Assembly (NCBI GenBank): GCA_043746355.1
Contig: JAYTRC010000055.1
Coordinates: 34,879-98,878 of the forward strand
DNA from: Lacisediminihabitans sp.
GTDB taxonomy: Bacteria > Actinomycetota > Actinomycetes > Actinomycetales > Microbacteriaceae
Direction: 5' to 3'
Length of the DNA stretch: 64,000 nt
Shown piece by piece: positions 28,961-40,522 of the stretch; the first letter of the stretch is position 1, and the number at the start of each line of letters is the position of its first letter. Position numbers and translations under genes: made by a program. Under the pieces are notes generated by a model, which had not been told where the DNA came from, made no database searches, and saw only the letters and a program-made list of their open reading frames with translations.

Positions 28961-30460
28961 ATGCAGCTGCACCACGTACGTGTCTACAAAAGCGACGAGA
29001 ACCTCGCGCGCGAAGACCAGCTCGCCTGGAAAATCGCCGAGGTCGCAGCCGACCCCGTCGCTGTGACCCCTGAGGTGACGGAGATGGTCATCAACCGCAT
29101 GATCGACAATGCGGCGGTCGCCGCGGCATCCATCACCCGGGGTCCCGGCATCGCAGCCAGGTCGCAGGCAGAGGAACACCCGGCACGACCAGGGTCAACT
29201 GTCTTCGGCATCGAGGGGCACTTCAGCCCGGAGTGGGCGGCCTGGGCGAACGGGGTCGCCGTGCGCGAGCTCGACTATCACGACACCTTCCTCGCGGCCG
29301 AATACTCGCACCCCGGCGACAACATCCCGCCGATCCTCGCCGTGGCGCAGCACGCACAGAAGACCGGCGCTGAGCTGATCCGCGGTATCGCGACCGGGTA
29401 CGAGATTCAGGTCGACCTGGTCAAGGCGATCAGCCTGCACGCGCACAAGATCGACCACGTCGCCCACCTCGGCCCGTCGGCAGCGGCCGGCATCGGCACC
29501 CTGCTCGGGCTGCCGGTCGAGACGATCTTCCAGGCAATCGGCCAGGCGCTGCACACAACCACGGCAACCCGCCAGTCTCGCAAGGGCGAGATCTCGACCT
29601 GGAAGGCTTACGCGCCGGCCTTTGCGGGAAAGATGGCCGTCGAGTCTGTCGACCGGGCGATGCGCGGGCAGACCAGCCCGACCCCGATCTATGAGGGTGA
29701 AGACGGCGTGATTGCCTGGCTTCTCGACGGACCGGATGCGAGCTACGAGGTGCCGTTGCCCGAGAAGGGCGAGGCGAAGCGCGCGATCCTCGACACCTAT
29801 ACGAAGGAGCATTCCGCCGAATACCAGGCGCAGGCCTGGATCGACCTCGCGCGCAAACTCCACAACGAGCATCCAGAGGTCACCGCCGAGAGCGTCAAGT
29901 CGATCGTCATCCACACCTCCCACCACACCCACTACGTGATCGGTTCCGGCGCGAACGACCCGCAGAAGTACGACCCGAAAGCGAGCCGCGAAACGCTCGA
30001 CCACTCGGTGCCCTACATCTTCACCGTGGCGCTTCAGGATGGCCAATGGGATCACCAGAAGTCGTACTCTCCCGAGCGCGCTGGCCGTGCAGACACCGTG
30101 AAGCTCTGGAACAAGGTCATCACCGAGGAAGATGCGGAGTGGACGCGTCGATACCACTCGAACGACCCGGCCGAGAAGGCATTCGGCGGTCGCGTCGCGA
30201 TCGAACTCAACGACGGCACCACGATCGTCGACGAGATTGCAGTCGCGGATGCCCACCCGCTCGGCGCGCGTCCGTTTGCGCGGGCCGACTACATCCGTAA
30301 GTTCAGGATGCTCGCAGCCCCCGTTCTCGACGAAACCGAGATCGAGCGCTTCCTGTCGCTCGTGCAGCGCCTTCCCGAACTCACCGCCGCCGAGCTCGAC
30401 GGACTGACTATCGTTGCCAAACCCGGCGTGCTCGGTGCAGGCCCGAAGGGACTGTTCTAA
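28961..30460 (+). CDS. prpD: 2-methylcitrate dehydratase (MmgE/PrpD)
   Basis: [39 protein letters not shown]; operon context. Confidence 0.93.
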   Translation: MQLHHVRVYKSDENLAREDQLAWKIAEVAADPVAVTPEVTEMVINRMIDNAAVAAASITRGPGIAARSQAEEHPARPGSTVFGIEGHFSPEWAAWANGVAVRELDYHDTFLAAEYSHPGDNIPPILAVAQHAQKTGAELIRGIATGYEIQVDLVKAISLHAHKIDHVAHLGPSAAAGIGTLLGLPVETIFQAIGQALHTTTATRQSRKGEISTWKAYAPAFAGKMAVESVDRAMRGQTSPTPIYEGEDGVIAWLLDGPDASYEVPLPEKGEAKRAILDTYTKEHSAEYQAQAWIDLARKLHNEHPEVTAESVKSIVIHTSHHTHYVIGSGANDPQKYDPKASRETLDHSVPYIFTVALQDGQWDHQKSYSPERAGRADTVKLWNKVITEEDAEWTRRYHSNDPAEKAFGGRVAIELNDGTTIVDEIAVADAHPLGARPFARADYIRKFRMLAAPVLDETEIERFLSLVQRLPELTAAELDGLTIVAKPGVLGAGPKGLF

Positions 30461-31365
30461 TGCTGTATACGAAAATAACCCCGGCCGAGAAGCGCGCGAA
30501 CCTGCGCGCAGCACTGGCCTCAGGAACGCTGCTGAAGTTTCCGGGTGCATTCAACCCGCTGAGCGCGAGACTCATCCAGGACAGGGGATTCGAGGGCGTC
30601 TATATCTCCGGCGCCGTCATCGCAGCCGACCTCGGGCTGCCAGACATTGGCCTCACGACGCTCACCGAGGTCGCGGCCCGCGGGCAGCAGATCAGCCGAA
30701 TGACCGATCTCCCGACGCTCATCGACGCAGACACCGGATTCGGCGAGCCGATGAACGTCGCCCGCACGGTGCAATCGCTCGAGGATGCGGGAGTCGCGGG
30801 CCTGCACATCGAAGACCAGGTCAACCCGAAACGGTGCGGCCATCTCGACGGCAAGGCCGTTGTGGACGGCGAGACGGCGACCAAGCGCATCCGAGCTGCG
30901 GTCGACGCGCGACGCGACCCGAACCTGCTGATCATGGCGCGCACCGACATCCGGGCCATCGATGGATTGCAGTCTGCGATCGATCGCGCACAGGCCCTCG
31001 TCGATGCGGGAGCTGATGCCATCTTCCCCGAGGCGATGGCCGACCTGGCCGAGTTCGAGGCAATCCGCAGAGCTGTCGACGTGCCGATCTTGGCCAACAT
31101 GACCGAGTTCGGCAAGAGTGAGCTGTTCACGACAGAACAACTCGAGAGCGTCGGCATCAACATCGTCATCTACCCGGTGAGCCTCCTTCGCATCGCGATG
31201 GGTGCGGCCGAGCGCGGCCTCGATACGATCAACAGGGAAGGTTCGTTGACGTCTGAGGTTGCCGGGATGCAAACCCGTGCGCGACTGTATGAACTGCTCG
31301 ACTACGAGTCGTACAACGCCTTCGACACGTCTGTTTTCAATTTCGAAGTGCCGAAAGGGGCATGA
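30460..31365 (+). CDS. prpB: Methylisocitrate lyase
   Basis: DADTGFG, HIEDQVNPKRCGHLDGK, ANMTEFGKS. Confidence 0.95.
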   Translation: MLYTKITPAEKRANLRAALASGTLLKFPGAFNPLSARLIQDRGFEGVYISGAVIAADLGLPDIGLTTLTEVAARGQQISRMTDLPTLIDADTGFGEPMNVARTVQSLEDAGVAGLHIEDQVNPKRCGHLDGKAVVDGETATKRIRAAVDARRDPNLLIMARTDIRAIDGLQSAIDRAQALVDAGADAIFPEAMADLAEFEAIRRAVDVPILANMTEFGKSELFTTEQLESVGINIVIYPVSLLRIAMGAAERGLDTINREGSLTSEVAGMQTRARLYELLDYESYNAFDTSVFNFEVPKGA

Positions 31366-31366
31366 C

Positions 31367-32506
31367 ATGACTGACCCGAATATCCACAAGGGCCTCGCGG
31401 GAGTCGTCGTCGACTACACCGCTGTCTCCAAGGTCAACCCGGAGACCAACTCGCTGCTGTATCGCGGTTACCCGGTGCAGGAGCTCGCTGCCCAGTGCGA
31501 GTTCGAGGCGGTCGCGTACCTGCTCTGGTACGGCGAGCTTCCGACAGACGCGCAGCTCATGGAATTCACCGCTCTCGAGCGTTCGCAGCGCGAGCTCGAC
31601 CCGAGTGTCAAGAAGGTCATCGACGAGTTGCCGCTCAGCGCGCATCCGATGGATGTCGTGCGAACCGCAGTGAGCGTGATCGGTGCGAGCGACGAGACTC
31701 TCGGCCTCGACCCGACCTGGATCGACCACGATCTCACGCAGCAGCGCAGCATCACCCTGTTCGCGAAGCTGCCGGCGATCGTGGCGTATACGCAGCGTCG
31801 CCTCTGGGGCAAGGAGTTCGTCGAGCCGCGGGACGACCTCGGTTACTCCGCGAACTTTCTGCACATGACGTTCGGCGAAGTACCGGAGGCGGTGGTCGTC
31901 GACGCGTTTGACGTCTCGATGATCCTGTATGCAGAGCACTCGTTCAACGCATCGACCTTCACCGCACGCGTGATCGCCTCGACCCTGAGCGATGTCTACT
32001 CGGCAGTCATCGGCGGAATCGGCGCACTCAAGGGCCCCCTGCACGGTGGCGCGAACGAGGCTGTGCAGCACACCTTCGAGGCGATCGGGTCGCCAAACAA
32101 TGCCGAAGCCTGGCTTGAGGATGCCCTCGCGAACAAGAAGAAGATCATGGGCTTCGGGCACCGGGTCTACAAGAACGGCGACTCGCGGGTTCCGACGATG
32201 AAGAAGGCTCTCGACACTCTCGCCGAGCACTACGGCAAGCCAGAGGTGATCGAGATGTACGACGCTCTCGACTCTGCGATGAACTCGCGCAAAAGCATCA
32301 AGCCGAACCTCGACTACCCGTCCGGCCCGGCATACAACCTCATCGGGTTCGACACGACCATGTTCACGCCGCTGTTCATCGCGGCGCGTATCACCGGCTG
32401 GACGGCGCACATCATGGAGCAGCTCGCCTCAAACGCGCTCATCCGCCCGCTCAGCCAGTACAACGGACCCGAGCAGCGCGAGGTTCCGGTGTCAGAGGGA
32501 AATTAA
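31367..32506 (+). CDS. prpC: 2-methylcitrate synthase/citrate synthase
   Basis: IHKGLAGV, AEHSFNASTF, GPLHGGANE, MGFGHRVYK, PNLDYPSG. Confidence 0.93.
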   Translation: MTDPNIHKGLAGVVVDYTAVSKVNPETNSLLYRGYPVQELAAQCEFEAVAYLLWYGELPTDAQLMEFTALERSQRELDPSVKKVIDELPLSAHPMDVVRTAVSVIGASDETLGLDPTWIDHDLTQQRSITLFAKLPAIVAYTQRRLWGKEFVEPRDDLGYSANFLHMTFGEVPEAVVVDAFDVSMILYAEHSFNASTFTARVIASTLSDVYSAVIGGIGALKGPLHGGANEAVQHTFEAIGSPNNAEAWLEDALANKKKIMGFGHRVYKNGDSRVPTMKKALDTLAEHYGKPEVIEMYDALDSAMNSRKSIKPNLDYPSGPAYNLIGFDTTMFTPLFIAARITGWTAHIMEQLASNALIRPLSQYNGPEQREVPVSEGN

Positions 32507-33252
32507 AGCACGACCCGCTCGCCACGCGGGGTTGCCACCAGCAGCCCCGTGTTGGCGAACGCGGCCCCGAGGTCTGCGGTGTTCTCGCTGAAGTGCTCCC
32601 AATCTTCGGTGTGCAGGCCGACCACCTTGAGGGCCTGGAGAGCGGATGCCGCGGCCACCGCATCCGTCGCCGTGAGGGTCAGGGCTGCATCGAGTCCTGG
32701 CACGCGCGCAGCCCCCGCGAACAGGATGGCAACGTCGACCGGCGCGAAGCGGTCGCCGATCTGGCGAACCAGCGGAACCGACGCGTTATCGCCGCTGATG
32801 TAGATAGTCGGCTCGCCGGGGGATTCGAGCACGAAGCCGATGACCGGGCCGACGAACTTCTCAGAACCAGGTGGCCCGTGGAGGGCCGGCACTGCCGTGA
32901 TGGCGACCGGGCCGATATCGTGCGTCTCCCAGTTGTCGAGCCCGACGACAGTGCCGCCGAACAGGTCGCTCGCCGCTTCGAGCGTGCTGAGCGTCAAGAC
33001 ACCCTGGGCGATGAGCTCGAGGCCCTCCCAGTCGAGGTTGTCTTTATGCCCATGATGCGACAGCAACACGAGGTCTACCTGCCCGAGCTGGTCGCGGCCG
33101 ATCGCCGGCCCGGCAGTCTTGACGAGGGTGGTCTCGTCAGGATCGTCATAGGTCTGGGGGGCGTCGAAGGTGGGATCTGTGATGATCCGGAGTCCGGCGT
33201 ATTCGAGGATGGCGGTCGGTCCGCCGATCCAGGTGATGGCTGTCGTAGGCAC
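32503..33252 (-). CDS. MBL-fold metallo-hydrolase
   Basis: [43 protein letters not shown]. Confidence 0.85.
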   Translation of the reverse strand: MPTTAITWIGGPTAILEYAGLRIITDPTFDAPQTYDDPDETTLVKTAGPAIGRDQLGQVDLVLLSHHGHKDNLDWEGLELIAQGVLTLSTLEAASDLFGGTVVGLDNWETHDIGPVAITAVPALHGPPGSEKFVGPVIGFVLESPGEPTIYISGDNASVPLVRQIGDRFAPVDVAILFAGAARVPGLDAALTLTATDAVAAASALQALKVVGLHTEDWEHFSENTADLGAAFANTGLLVATPRGERVVL

Positions 33253-33274
33253 ATGCCGAGCCTACGCTGAAGGG

Positions 33275-35026
33275 ATGTCCAACCGCCTCGCGAGCGCCAT
33301 CAGCCCGTACCTCAGATCGCACGCCGAGAATCCCGTCGACTGGCACCCGTGGGGCGAGGAAGCGTTCGCTCTCGCGACGAGCCGTGACCTTCCCCTGCTC
33401 GTCTCGATCGGATATTCGACCTGCCACTGGTGCCACGTCATGGCGCGCGAGAGTTTCAGCGATCCGGCACTCGCCACGTATCTCAATGAGCATTTCGTGA
33501 GCATCAAGGTCGACCGGGAAGAGCACCCGGATGTCGACTCCAGCTACCTGACTGCGGCTGGAGCGTTCACCGAGAACCTGGGCTGGCCGCTGAATGTGTT
33601 CGTCACTCCGCAGGGGCGGGCCTTCTTCGCGGGTACATACTTTCCACCAACCGGGCAACACTCTTTCAGGGCTGTCCTCGAGGCAGTTGTGGATGCCTGG
33701 ACGACGAAGCGTTCAGAAGTAGAAAGAAACGGCGCGAAGATCGTCGAGGCGCTCGCATCCGCGAAGCCGGCATCCGGGGGCGTGCTGCCGACCGACTTCG
33801 CCCCGATCGTCACCGAGCTGCTGGGCTACGAAGACGAGCAGTTCGGCGGATTCGGCGGCGCTCCGAAGTTTCCCGTCGCGCCGGTGCTGCTGTTTCTGCT
33901 CGAGCGTGGGGCGGCCGGCGACGCCGCCGCGCTTGGCCTCGCGACTCGCACGCTCGAGGCGATGGCGGCATCCGATCTCCGTGATCCTGTCGAAGGCGGC
34001 TTCTTCCGTTACGCGACCAGGCGCGACTGGAGCGATCCGCACTACGAGCGCATGCTTTACGACAACGCCCAGCTTCTGGTTGCCTATTCACGTGTCGGCG
34101 ACCTTGAAGTCGCCAGCGGAATCGCGTCTTTCCTGATCGGGGTGATGTGCCAGCCCGGCGGCGGTTTCGCCTCGGCGCAAGACAGTGAGAGCACCGTCGA
34201 CGGCGAGCGGGTCGAGGGCGGCTACTACGCGCTCGACGCTGCGGGGCGGGCTGGCCAGGTGCCGCCTGCACTCGATGCAAAGGTACTCACCGGCTGGAAC
34301 GGGCTGGCGATCGAGGCCCTCGCGACGGCCGGTTTTGTCTTCGATCGGCCCGAGTGGATTGAGGCAGCCAGGGCCGCCGCCGACTTGCTGCTCGAGCATC
34401 ACCTGCGCGCAGACGGCACCCTCGTTCGCGCGTCGATTGGCGACGAGGTTTCATCGGCGGCCTCGACGCTCGAGGACTACGGGATGCTCGCAGCCGGCCT
34501 CATCCACCTGGCAACTGTGTGCGGCGAATCGCGCTACGCCGCCGCCGCCCGTCTTCTCGTCGATGGTGCGATGCATGGGGTATCCGGCGACCCGCTGCTG
34601 GCCTCGCAGGGACTGGCCATCGCTCGTGATCCGTCTGAGGGGGCGTATCCGTCCGGCGTCAGCGCGCTCGCCGGCGCGGAGCTCCAACTCTGGCTCCTGG
34701 GTGCGGGCGACCGTTATCGGGAGGCCGCCATCCACTCCATGGAACCTCTCGCGGCGATGGCTGCCGCGCGCCCGGTCTCGTTCGGCGCATCACTCGCCGT
34801 GATGTCGAGGCTGGCGGCGCCGGTGTCACAGCTCGTCGTGATCGGGGAGGTACCGCAGGCCGCACGCAGCCGCTCGACGCGCATCGTCGCCGTTGCAACG
34901 GTCGAGCAATCGCAGAGTTGGGGCGAAGCCGGCTTCGAGCTGTTCGAGGGCCGTGATCGCGAGGCGGTCTACGAGTGCCGTGATTTCGTCTGCGCGCTGC
35001 CGGTTGCTGCTGACTCGTTCACCTGA
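33275..35026 (+). CDS. Thioredoxin-domain YyaL/SPATA20-family protein
   Basis: [56 protein letters not shown]. Confidence 0.92.
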   Translation: MSNRLASAISPYLRSHAENPVDWHPWGEEAFALATSRDLPLLVSIGYSTCHWCHVMARESFSDPALATYLNEHFVSIKVDREEHPDVDSSYLTAAGAFTENLGWPLNVFVTPQGRAFFAGTYFPPTGQHSFRAVLEAVVDAWTTKRSEVERNGAKIVEALASAKPASGGVLPTDFAPIVTELLGYEDEQFGGFGGAPKFPVAPVLLFLLERGAAGDAAALGLATRTLEAMAASDLRDPVEGGFFRYATRRDWSDPHYERMLYDNAQLLVAYSRVGDLEVASGIASFLIGVMCQPGGGFASAQDSESTVDGERVEGGYYALDAAGRAGQVPPALDAKVLTGWNGLAIEALATAGFVFDRPEWIEAARAAADLLLEHHLRADGTLVRASIGDEVSSAASTLEDYGMLAAGLIHLATVCGESRYAAAARLLVDGAMHGVSGDPLLASQGLAIARDPSEGAYPSGVSALAGAELQLWLLGAGDRYREAAIHSMEPLAAMAAARPVSFGASLAVMSRLAAPVSQLVVIGEVPQAARSRSTRIVAVATVEQSQSWGEAGFELFEGRDREAVYECRDFVCALPVAADSFT

Positions 35027-35610
35027 GGCACGGGCCGCGGGCGCTCCGTCGACCGGCTGATAGCGAAGAGCACTGCGCACCAGCCGACCGCGATGCAGAG
35101 CTGCCCGACGACACCGACCGGGAAGTAGATGTGGTCTTTGAGAAACAGGAAGCACCCGACGACCACCACAGCACTACCCGGCAGGGTGAGAAACCCCCAG
35201 CGGCGGTACAGTGCGAGGCCGGTTATCGCGCTGGCCGCGATAAAGGCGACGCTGCCGATGAATCCGAGGTTGTCGCCGAGGCCGTAGAGGGTGCCGGTGG
35301 CCATGCCCATGTTGTCGAGCTTGAGTCCGCCGGCGCCGATGCCCGCGAGCACGTCGAGGGCTGTGTAGAACGCGGCATAGACGAAGCCGAGGATGCCGAC
35401 GAGCCAACTGACGAAGGCGTCATATCCGCGAATCAGCAGCCACGGCGCGAACCCGAGCAGCGGGAAGACCGGCAGGATCGCGATGTGCAGGTTACGCCAG
35501 TATTCGGCCGTTGCAGCGGTCAGATGCATCGGGTGGGTCACCCCGACAATGGCCAGGGCGAGCGGAGGAATCGCCACCGCAACGTAGGTGAAAATCGTGC
35601 GCGGCGTCAT
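34969..35610 (-). CDS. Hypothetical membrane protein
   Basis: Multiple TM segments; TAGCAT -10 six nt before the ATG (leaderless pattern). Confidence 0.65.
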   Translation of the reverse strand: MTPRTIFTYVAVAIPPLALAIVGVTHPMHLTAATAEYWRNLHIAILPVFPLLGFAPWLLIRGYDAFVSWLVGILGFVYAAFYTALDVLAGIGAGGLKLDNMGMATGTLYGLGDNLGFIGSVAFIAASAITGLALYRRWGFLTLPGSAVVVVGCFLFLKDHIYFPVGVVGQLCIAVGWCAVLFAISRSTERPRPVPQVNESAATGSAQTKSRHS

Positions 35611-35641
35611 GCAGTAATGCTAGGCGAGTACCGTTACGAGT

Positions 35642-36091
35642 GTGATCAAAGCGGCGATGGTTCTCTTGGCTGGTGCCGTTCTGCTGACCGGATGCGTGAC
35701 GATGATCGTGATGCCGAAGTCATCGCGCTTGCCGTCACCGCTGCCAACAGTCGGCGAAGACCTCTTCTGTTCCGGTAAGAGCCTTGGCAAGAACATCGCG
35801 CTCAATCAGCCGTCCGGGCACTACACGCTGACGGGCCAGTGCGGCATTGTCAGCATCGAGGGAGCGGGCATTACGGCGACGATCGAGTCAGCCAAGAGCG
35901 TCGCTATCAATGGCGACAGAAACACCGTGACCGGCAAGTCGCTCGCTCTCATGAGCATCCAGGGCCAAGACAATACAGTTTCAGCGACGGTCATCGGCTC
36001 GCTCGCGATCAACGGCGATCGGAACAGCGTCACATCTCCGGCCATCGGACCGAAAGCGGTCAATGGCCAGGGAAACACTGTCAGCGGCTAG
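35642..36091 (+). CDS. DUF3060-like lipoprotein (beta-helix repeats)
   Basis: Lipobox LLTGC; repeated (A/S)INGDRN(T/S)VT and IQGQDNTVS units. Confidence 0.7.
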   Translation: MIKAAMVLLAGAVLLTGCVTMIVMPKSSRLPSPLPTVGEDLFCSGKSLGKNIALNQPSGHYTLTGQCGIVSIEGAGITATIESAKSVAINGDRNTVTGKSLALMSIQGQDNTVSATVIGSLAINGDRNSVTSPAIGPKAVNGQGNTVSG

Positions 36092-36663
36092 CGCACGGTC
36101 TTCCGCGCGGTGATGACTCCAGTGTCGAAGCCGAGCAGGTGCAGGCCACCGTGGAAGCGGGCGTGCTCGATCTTGATGCAGCGGTCCATGACCACGGTGA
36201 GGCCCTTGGATTCCGCATACCGGGCCGCGTCTTCGTTCCAGATGCCGAGCTGCATCCAGATAACCTTCGCGCCGACCGCGAGCACATCGTCGACGACGGA
36301 GGGAATGTCGCTCGACTTGCGGAAGACATCCACGATGTCGGGCACAACGGGCAGGTCGGCGAGCGACTTGTAGACCGGCTGGCCGAGAATCTCGGTCGCG
36401 TTCGGGTTGATGAAGTACACGTCGTAGTCGCTCGACGAAAGCAGGTAGGTCGACACGAAGTAGCTCGAGCGGTTCGGGTTGTCAGAAGCGCCGACGATAG
36501 CGATCGAGTGTGCCCTGCGCAGGATGCCGAGGCGCTCCTTCGCCGTCGGGCCGGCCCAGGAGCGCTGGGACTTCAGCAGCTTCGCAAGCGGGGAGTCGGC
36601 CGGCAGCTCGCAACTGAGCCCGTTCGGCAGGACTGTGACGTCGGGTGCAGTCGACGTGCTCAT
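36088..36663 (-). CDS. CoA-binding protein (YccU-like)
   Basis: IAIVGASDNPNRSSYFV, DIVDVFRKS, IWMQLGI, VVMDRCIKIEH. Confidence 0.9.
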   Translation of the reverse strand: MSTSTAPDVTVLPNGLSCELPADSPLAKLLKSQRSWAGPTAKERLGILRRAHSIAIVGASDNPNRSSYFVSTYLLSSSDYDVYFINPNATEILGQPVYKSLADLPVVPDIVDVFRKSSDIPSVVDDVLAVGAKVIWMQLGIWNEDAARYAESKGLTVVMDRCIKIEHARFHGGLHLLGFDTGVITARKTVR

Positions 36664-36665
36664 GA

Positions 36666-37970
36666 TCAACCCTTCACGGCCAGGGTCAAAGCCTGGTCGA
36701 GGTCGTAAACAATGTCTTCGGGGTCTTCTATTCCGACACTGATTCGCACCAGCCCAGGCAGTACGCCCGCATCGAGCAACTGCTGCTCGCTCAGCTGCGC
36801 GTGGGTGGTGGATGCGGGATGGATGACGAGCGTCTTGGCATCTCCGATGTTCGCGAGATGGCTGGCGAGGTTCACCGACTCGATGAACTTCTGCCCGACT
36901 TCGCGGCCCCCACGCACCCCGAACGAGAACACCGCGCCCGGCCCCTTCGGGAGATATTTGCGGGCCCGATCGTAGTGCGGGTGATTCGGAAGACCTGCCC
37001 AGTTGACGAACTCGATCCGCGGGTCGTTCTCGAGCCACTCCGCGACGATCCTCGCGTTGTCGACGTGCGCCTGCAGCCGAAACGGCAGCGTCTCAACACC
37101 CTGCGCGAGCAGCCAGGCGGAGTGCGGTGACAGCGCAGGACCGATGTCGCGCAGCTGCTCGGCGCGCAGTCGAGTGAGAAACGCGTATTCGCCGAAGTTG
37201 CCGTGCCAGTTGAGCCCACCATAGGAGGGCACCGGCTGGTCGAACAGCGGGAAGTGCTCGTTCGCCCAGTGGAAGCGTCCAGACTCGACGACGACACCGC
37301 CGAGGGTTGTGCCGTGACCGCCGAGAAATTTGGTGGCCGAGTGGATGACGACATCGGCCCCCCACTCGATCGGCCGGTTCAGGTAGGGCGTGGCGATCGT
37401 GGAGTCGATGATCAACGGGATGTGGTGGGAGTGCGCGACCGCCGCCAGACCCTCGAGGTCGGCGACCTCGCCCGACGGGTTTGCGATGATCTCAGCGAAG
37501 ATCAGTTTCGTCGTGTCGGTGACGGCAGCGTCGTAGTCCTTCGGGTCAGAACCCTGCACGAACGTCGTCTCGACGCCGAACCTGCGCAGTGTTACATCGA
37601 GCTGGGTGATCGAACCGCCGTACAGGTTCGCGGATGCGACGATGTGGTCGCCCGCGCCGGCCAGCGATGCGAAGGTGATGAACTGTGCGCTCAGCCCGCT
37701 CGCCGTGGCGACAGCGCCGAGTCCGCCCTCGAGGGACGCGATGCGCTCCTCGAACGATGCGACGGTCGGGTTGCCGAGGCGCGAGTAGATGTTGCCGTAT
37801 TTCTGCAGGGCGAAGCGGGCCGCAGCATCCGTCGTGTCATCGAAGACGAACGCGCTGGTCTGGTAGATGGGAAGCGCACGGGCTCCGGTGACAGCATCGG
37901 GGATGTTGCCGGCGTGGATGGCGCGGGTGCGGAAGCCCCACGTGCGGTCGGTACTGTCGCGATCAGCCAT
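36666..37970 (-). CDS. metY: O-acetylhomoserine sulfhydrylase / aminocarboxypropyltransferase
   Basis: PIYQTSAFVF, YSRLGNPT, HSATKFLGGHG PLP lysine, HLANIGDAKTLVIHPASTTH. Confidence 0.93.
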   Translation of the reverse strand: MADRDSTDRTWGFRTRAIHAGNIPDAVTGARALPIYQTSAFVFDDTTDAAARFALQKYGNIYSRLGNPTVASFEERIASLEGGLGAVATASGLSAQFITFASLAGAGDHIVASANLYGGSITQLDVTLRRFGVETTFVQGSDPKDYDAAVTDTTKLIFAEIIANPSGEVADLEGLAAVAHSHHIPLIIDSTIATPYLNRPIEWGADVVIHSATKFLGGHGTTLGGVVVESGRFHWANEHFPLFDQPVPSYGGLNWHGNFGEYAFLTRLRAEQLRDIGPALSPHSAWLLAQGVETLPFRLQAHVDNARIVAEWLENDPRIEFVNWAGLPNHPHYDRARKYLPKGPGAVFSFGVRGGREVGQKFIESVNLASHLANIGDAKTLVIHPASTTHAQLSEQQLLDAGVLPGLVRISVGIEDPEDIVYDLDQALTLAVKG

Positions 37971-38033
37971 GGTTTCACGCTAGCCGACGGCGCGTAACCC
38001 GAAGGCACACAGCGAAATGCTGGGTAACACGCC

Positions 38034-39671
38034 CTATCGCCAGCCTGGGAACCAGTAATGCAGTTGCGCGAACCAGGTCGGAATCTGCATGCCGGTCCAC
38101 ACCGGGTAGAAGAACGCACTGACCGCGACGACGAGCACCAGGAAGATGACGACCAGCCGGATGCCGCTCAGCCGCCGCCAGGCGGGATCGTCGCGAGTAG
38201 CGAGCAGGATTCCGATCACGAAGACCAACCCGAGAATCAGGTAGGGCTCGAAGACGATCGCGTAAAACTGGAAGATAGTGCGCTGGGAGTAGAGCAGCCA
38301 GGGCAGGTAGCCGGCGACGATGCCCATCAGGATGAGGCCGACCCGCCACTCGCGGTACCTGATCAGCCGATAGACCAGGTAGAACAGGGCGGCGGTCGCA
38401 GCCCACCACAGGATCGGGTTGGCGATCGAGGTGACGTATGACGCGCATCCGGTCGCGTCGGTGCAGCCGTTCTGCCCGACGGCGACCGCCTGGTAGTAGA
38501 ACGCCGTCGGCCGGAAGAGGAACAGCCAGGTGAAAGGGTTCGCCTGGTACGAGTGCGGCGTGTGCTCGTTGACGTTGAAGTTGTAGACACTCTGCTGGTA
38601 GTAGATGAAGCTCTGCACCGAGTGCGGCACCCAGGCGAAGGCACCCTTCCACGCGTTGCCGGCCTGGTCGGCCCAGCCGCGGTAGTAGCCGCCCCTGGTC
38701 ACGAACCAGCCGGTCCAGCTGGAGACGTATGTGACGAGAAACACCGGCACCGTGAGCAGGAACGTGACAGGCGCCTGCTTGAAGACCGTGCCGCTGGCCC
38801 AGAACTGGATGCCGGCGCGACGCCGAGCCATCGCATCCACCAGCAGCGTGTACACGGCAAAGGCCGCGAGAAAGTAGATGCCGCTCCACTTCACGGCTGT
38901 CGCTGCGCCGAACAGGATGGCGGCGGTGACGAGCCACGGCCGGGCCCAGAGCGCCGGCCCCCAGTCGATGCTCTTCTCGTTCGCAGCCCGCCTCGCGAGC
39001 CAGCGGTCGAGCCTGCCCTTGCTCTGGCCCCGGTCGAGCAGCACGGCCCAGAAGCCGAGCAGGGTGAAGATCATCACGAAGTTGTCGAGCAGGGCAGTGC
39101 GCGAGAGCGTTATCGCGTGGCCATCGATGGCGAACAGGCCGCCGGCGATCACGGCCAGCAGCGTCGACTTCGTGAGCGTGCGCGCGATCATCATCAGCAC
39201 GAACACCGCGAGTACACCGATGAGAACGGAGCTGATGCGCCAGCCAACCGGATTCTGGGCTCCGAACACACGCAGGCCGAGTGAGATTATCCATTTGCCG
39301 AGGGGCGGATGCGCGACATACGACCCGGCGCTCGTATATGTATTCACGGTGCCGGCGTTGAACCCCTGGTCTGCGCTGGCCGGCCATGACCCCTCATAGC
39401 CGAGGTGCATGAGGGTCCAGGCATCCTTGACATAGAAGGTCTCGTCGAAGACGAGTGCGTGCGGTGTTCCGAGGTGCCACAGCCGGAGGAATGCGGCCAG
39501 CAGCGTGACCGCGATCGGGCCGCCCCAGTGCCAGACGCGCTGCCGCAGGGGAGTGCCGAGCATCCTTCCCCACCAGGAATCGATTCGCGACTGCCGCTCG
39601 TGCCACGCCGGATCAGCAGGCCTGACGCCCGGCGCGACGATCACATCGAAGCCGTCGTCTCGGGAAGTCAC
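38034..39671 (-). CDS. pmt: Protein O-mannosyltransferase (PMT)
   Basis: LVFDETFYVKDA, HPPLGKW, SRTALLD, KWSG, HSYQANPF; divergent from rsmI as in other actinobacteria. Confidence 0.92.
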   Translation of the reverse strand: MTSRDDGFDVIVAPGVRPADPAWHERQSRIDSWWGRMLGTPLRQRVWHWGGPIAVTLLAAFLRLWHLGTPHALVFDETFYVKDAWTLMHLGYEGSWPASADQGFNAGTVNTYTSAGSYVAHPPLGKWIISLGLRVFGAQNPVGWRISSVLIGVLAVFVLMMIARTLTKSTLLAVIAGGLFAIDGHAITLSRTALLDNFVMIFTLLGFWAVLLDRGQSKGRLDRWLARRAANEKSIDWGPALWARPWLVTAAILFGAATAVKWSGIYFLAAFAVYTLLVDAMARRRAGIQFWASGTVFKQAPVTFLLTVPVFLVTYVSSWTGWFVTRGGYYRGWADQAGNAWKGAFAWVPHSVQSFIYYQQSVYNFNVNEHTPHSYQANPFTWLFLFRPTAFYYQAVAVGQNGCTDATGCASYVTSIANPILWWAATAALFYLVYRLIRYREWRVGLILMGIVAGYLPWLLYSQRTIFQFYAIVFEPYLILGLVFVIGILLATRDDPAWRRLSGIRLVVIFLVLVVAVSAFFYPVWTGMQIPTWFAQLHYWFPGWR

Positions 39672-39709
39672 AGCGCAATGCTAAAGCAGGCGAGTGGCAC
39701 AATGGGCGC

Positions 39710-40522
39710 ATGCTGATCCTCGCTGCGACACCGATCGGCAACCTGGGTGACGCATCGCGGCGGCTGGTCGAGGCACTGGCCAACGCGACCGTGATCGCGG
39801 CGGAAGACACCCGCGTCACCATCCACCTCATGCGCGCGCTCGGCATCGAGAACCGCCCGAGACTCATCGCCCTGCATGAACACAACGAGGTTGAGAAGGC
39901 GAATGAGATCGCCGAGCTCGCCAGGACCGAAGACGTGCTCGTGCTCTCGGATGCCGGGATGCCCGCCATCAGCGACCCCGGATTCCCCCTCGTCGCAGCG
40001 GCAGCGGCACTCGGGGTGACCGTCACGGCGCTGCCAGGGCCATCGGCCGTGCTCATGGCGCTCGCAGTCTCCGGGCTGCCGATCGATCGCTTCAGCTTCG
40101 AGGGTTTTCTTCCGCGGAAGGGCCGGATCGGGTACTTCACAGCCCTCGCCTCGGAGCAGCGCACGATGGTGTTTTTCGAATCTCCCAACCGTCTTTCGGA
40201 TGCCCTGGCCGACATGGCTGTCGCCCTCGGCCCCGAGCGACGCGTCGTCGTGTGCCGTGAACTCACGAAGCTGTATGAAGAGGTTAAACGCGGCACCGCG
40301 GCATCCCTCGCCGAGTGGGCAGCCAGCGGAGTGAAGGGCGAAATCTGCATTGTGGTGGAGGGGTCACCGGCGCCGGTCTTCTCGCTCGAGGCGGGCGTCG
40401 CGCAGGTGCAGGCTCTCGTCGCAGCCGGGGTACGACTGCGGGAGGCCTCGACCGAGGTGGCTGAGGCGACAGGCTTATCGCGCCGTGACCTCTACGAGGG
40501 TTCGCTCAAACGCTCGAGCTGA
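39710..40522 (+). CDS. rsmI: 16S rRNA (cytidine1402-2'-O)-methyltransferase
   Basis: ATPIGNLGD, AAEDTR, SDAGMPAISDPG, PGPSA, CRELTKLYEE. Confidence 0.95.
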   Translation: MLILAATPIGNLGDASRRLVEALANATVIAAEDTRVTIHLMRALGIENRPRLIALHEHNEVEKANEIAELARTEDVLVLSDAGMPAISDPGFPLVAAAAALGVTVTALPGPSAVLMALAVSGLPIDRFSFEGFLPRKGRIGYFTALASEQRTMVFFESPNRLSDALADMAVALGPERRVVVCRELTKLYEEVKRGTAASLAEWAASGVKGEICIVVEGSPAPVFSLEAGVAQVQALVAAGVRLREASTEVAEATGLSRRDLYEGSLKRSS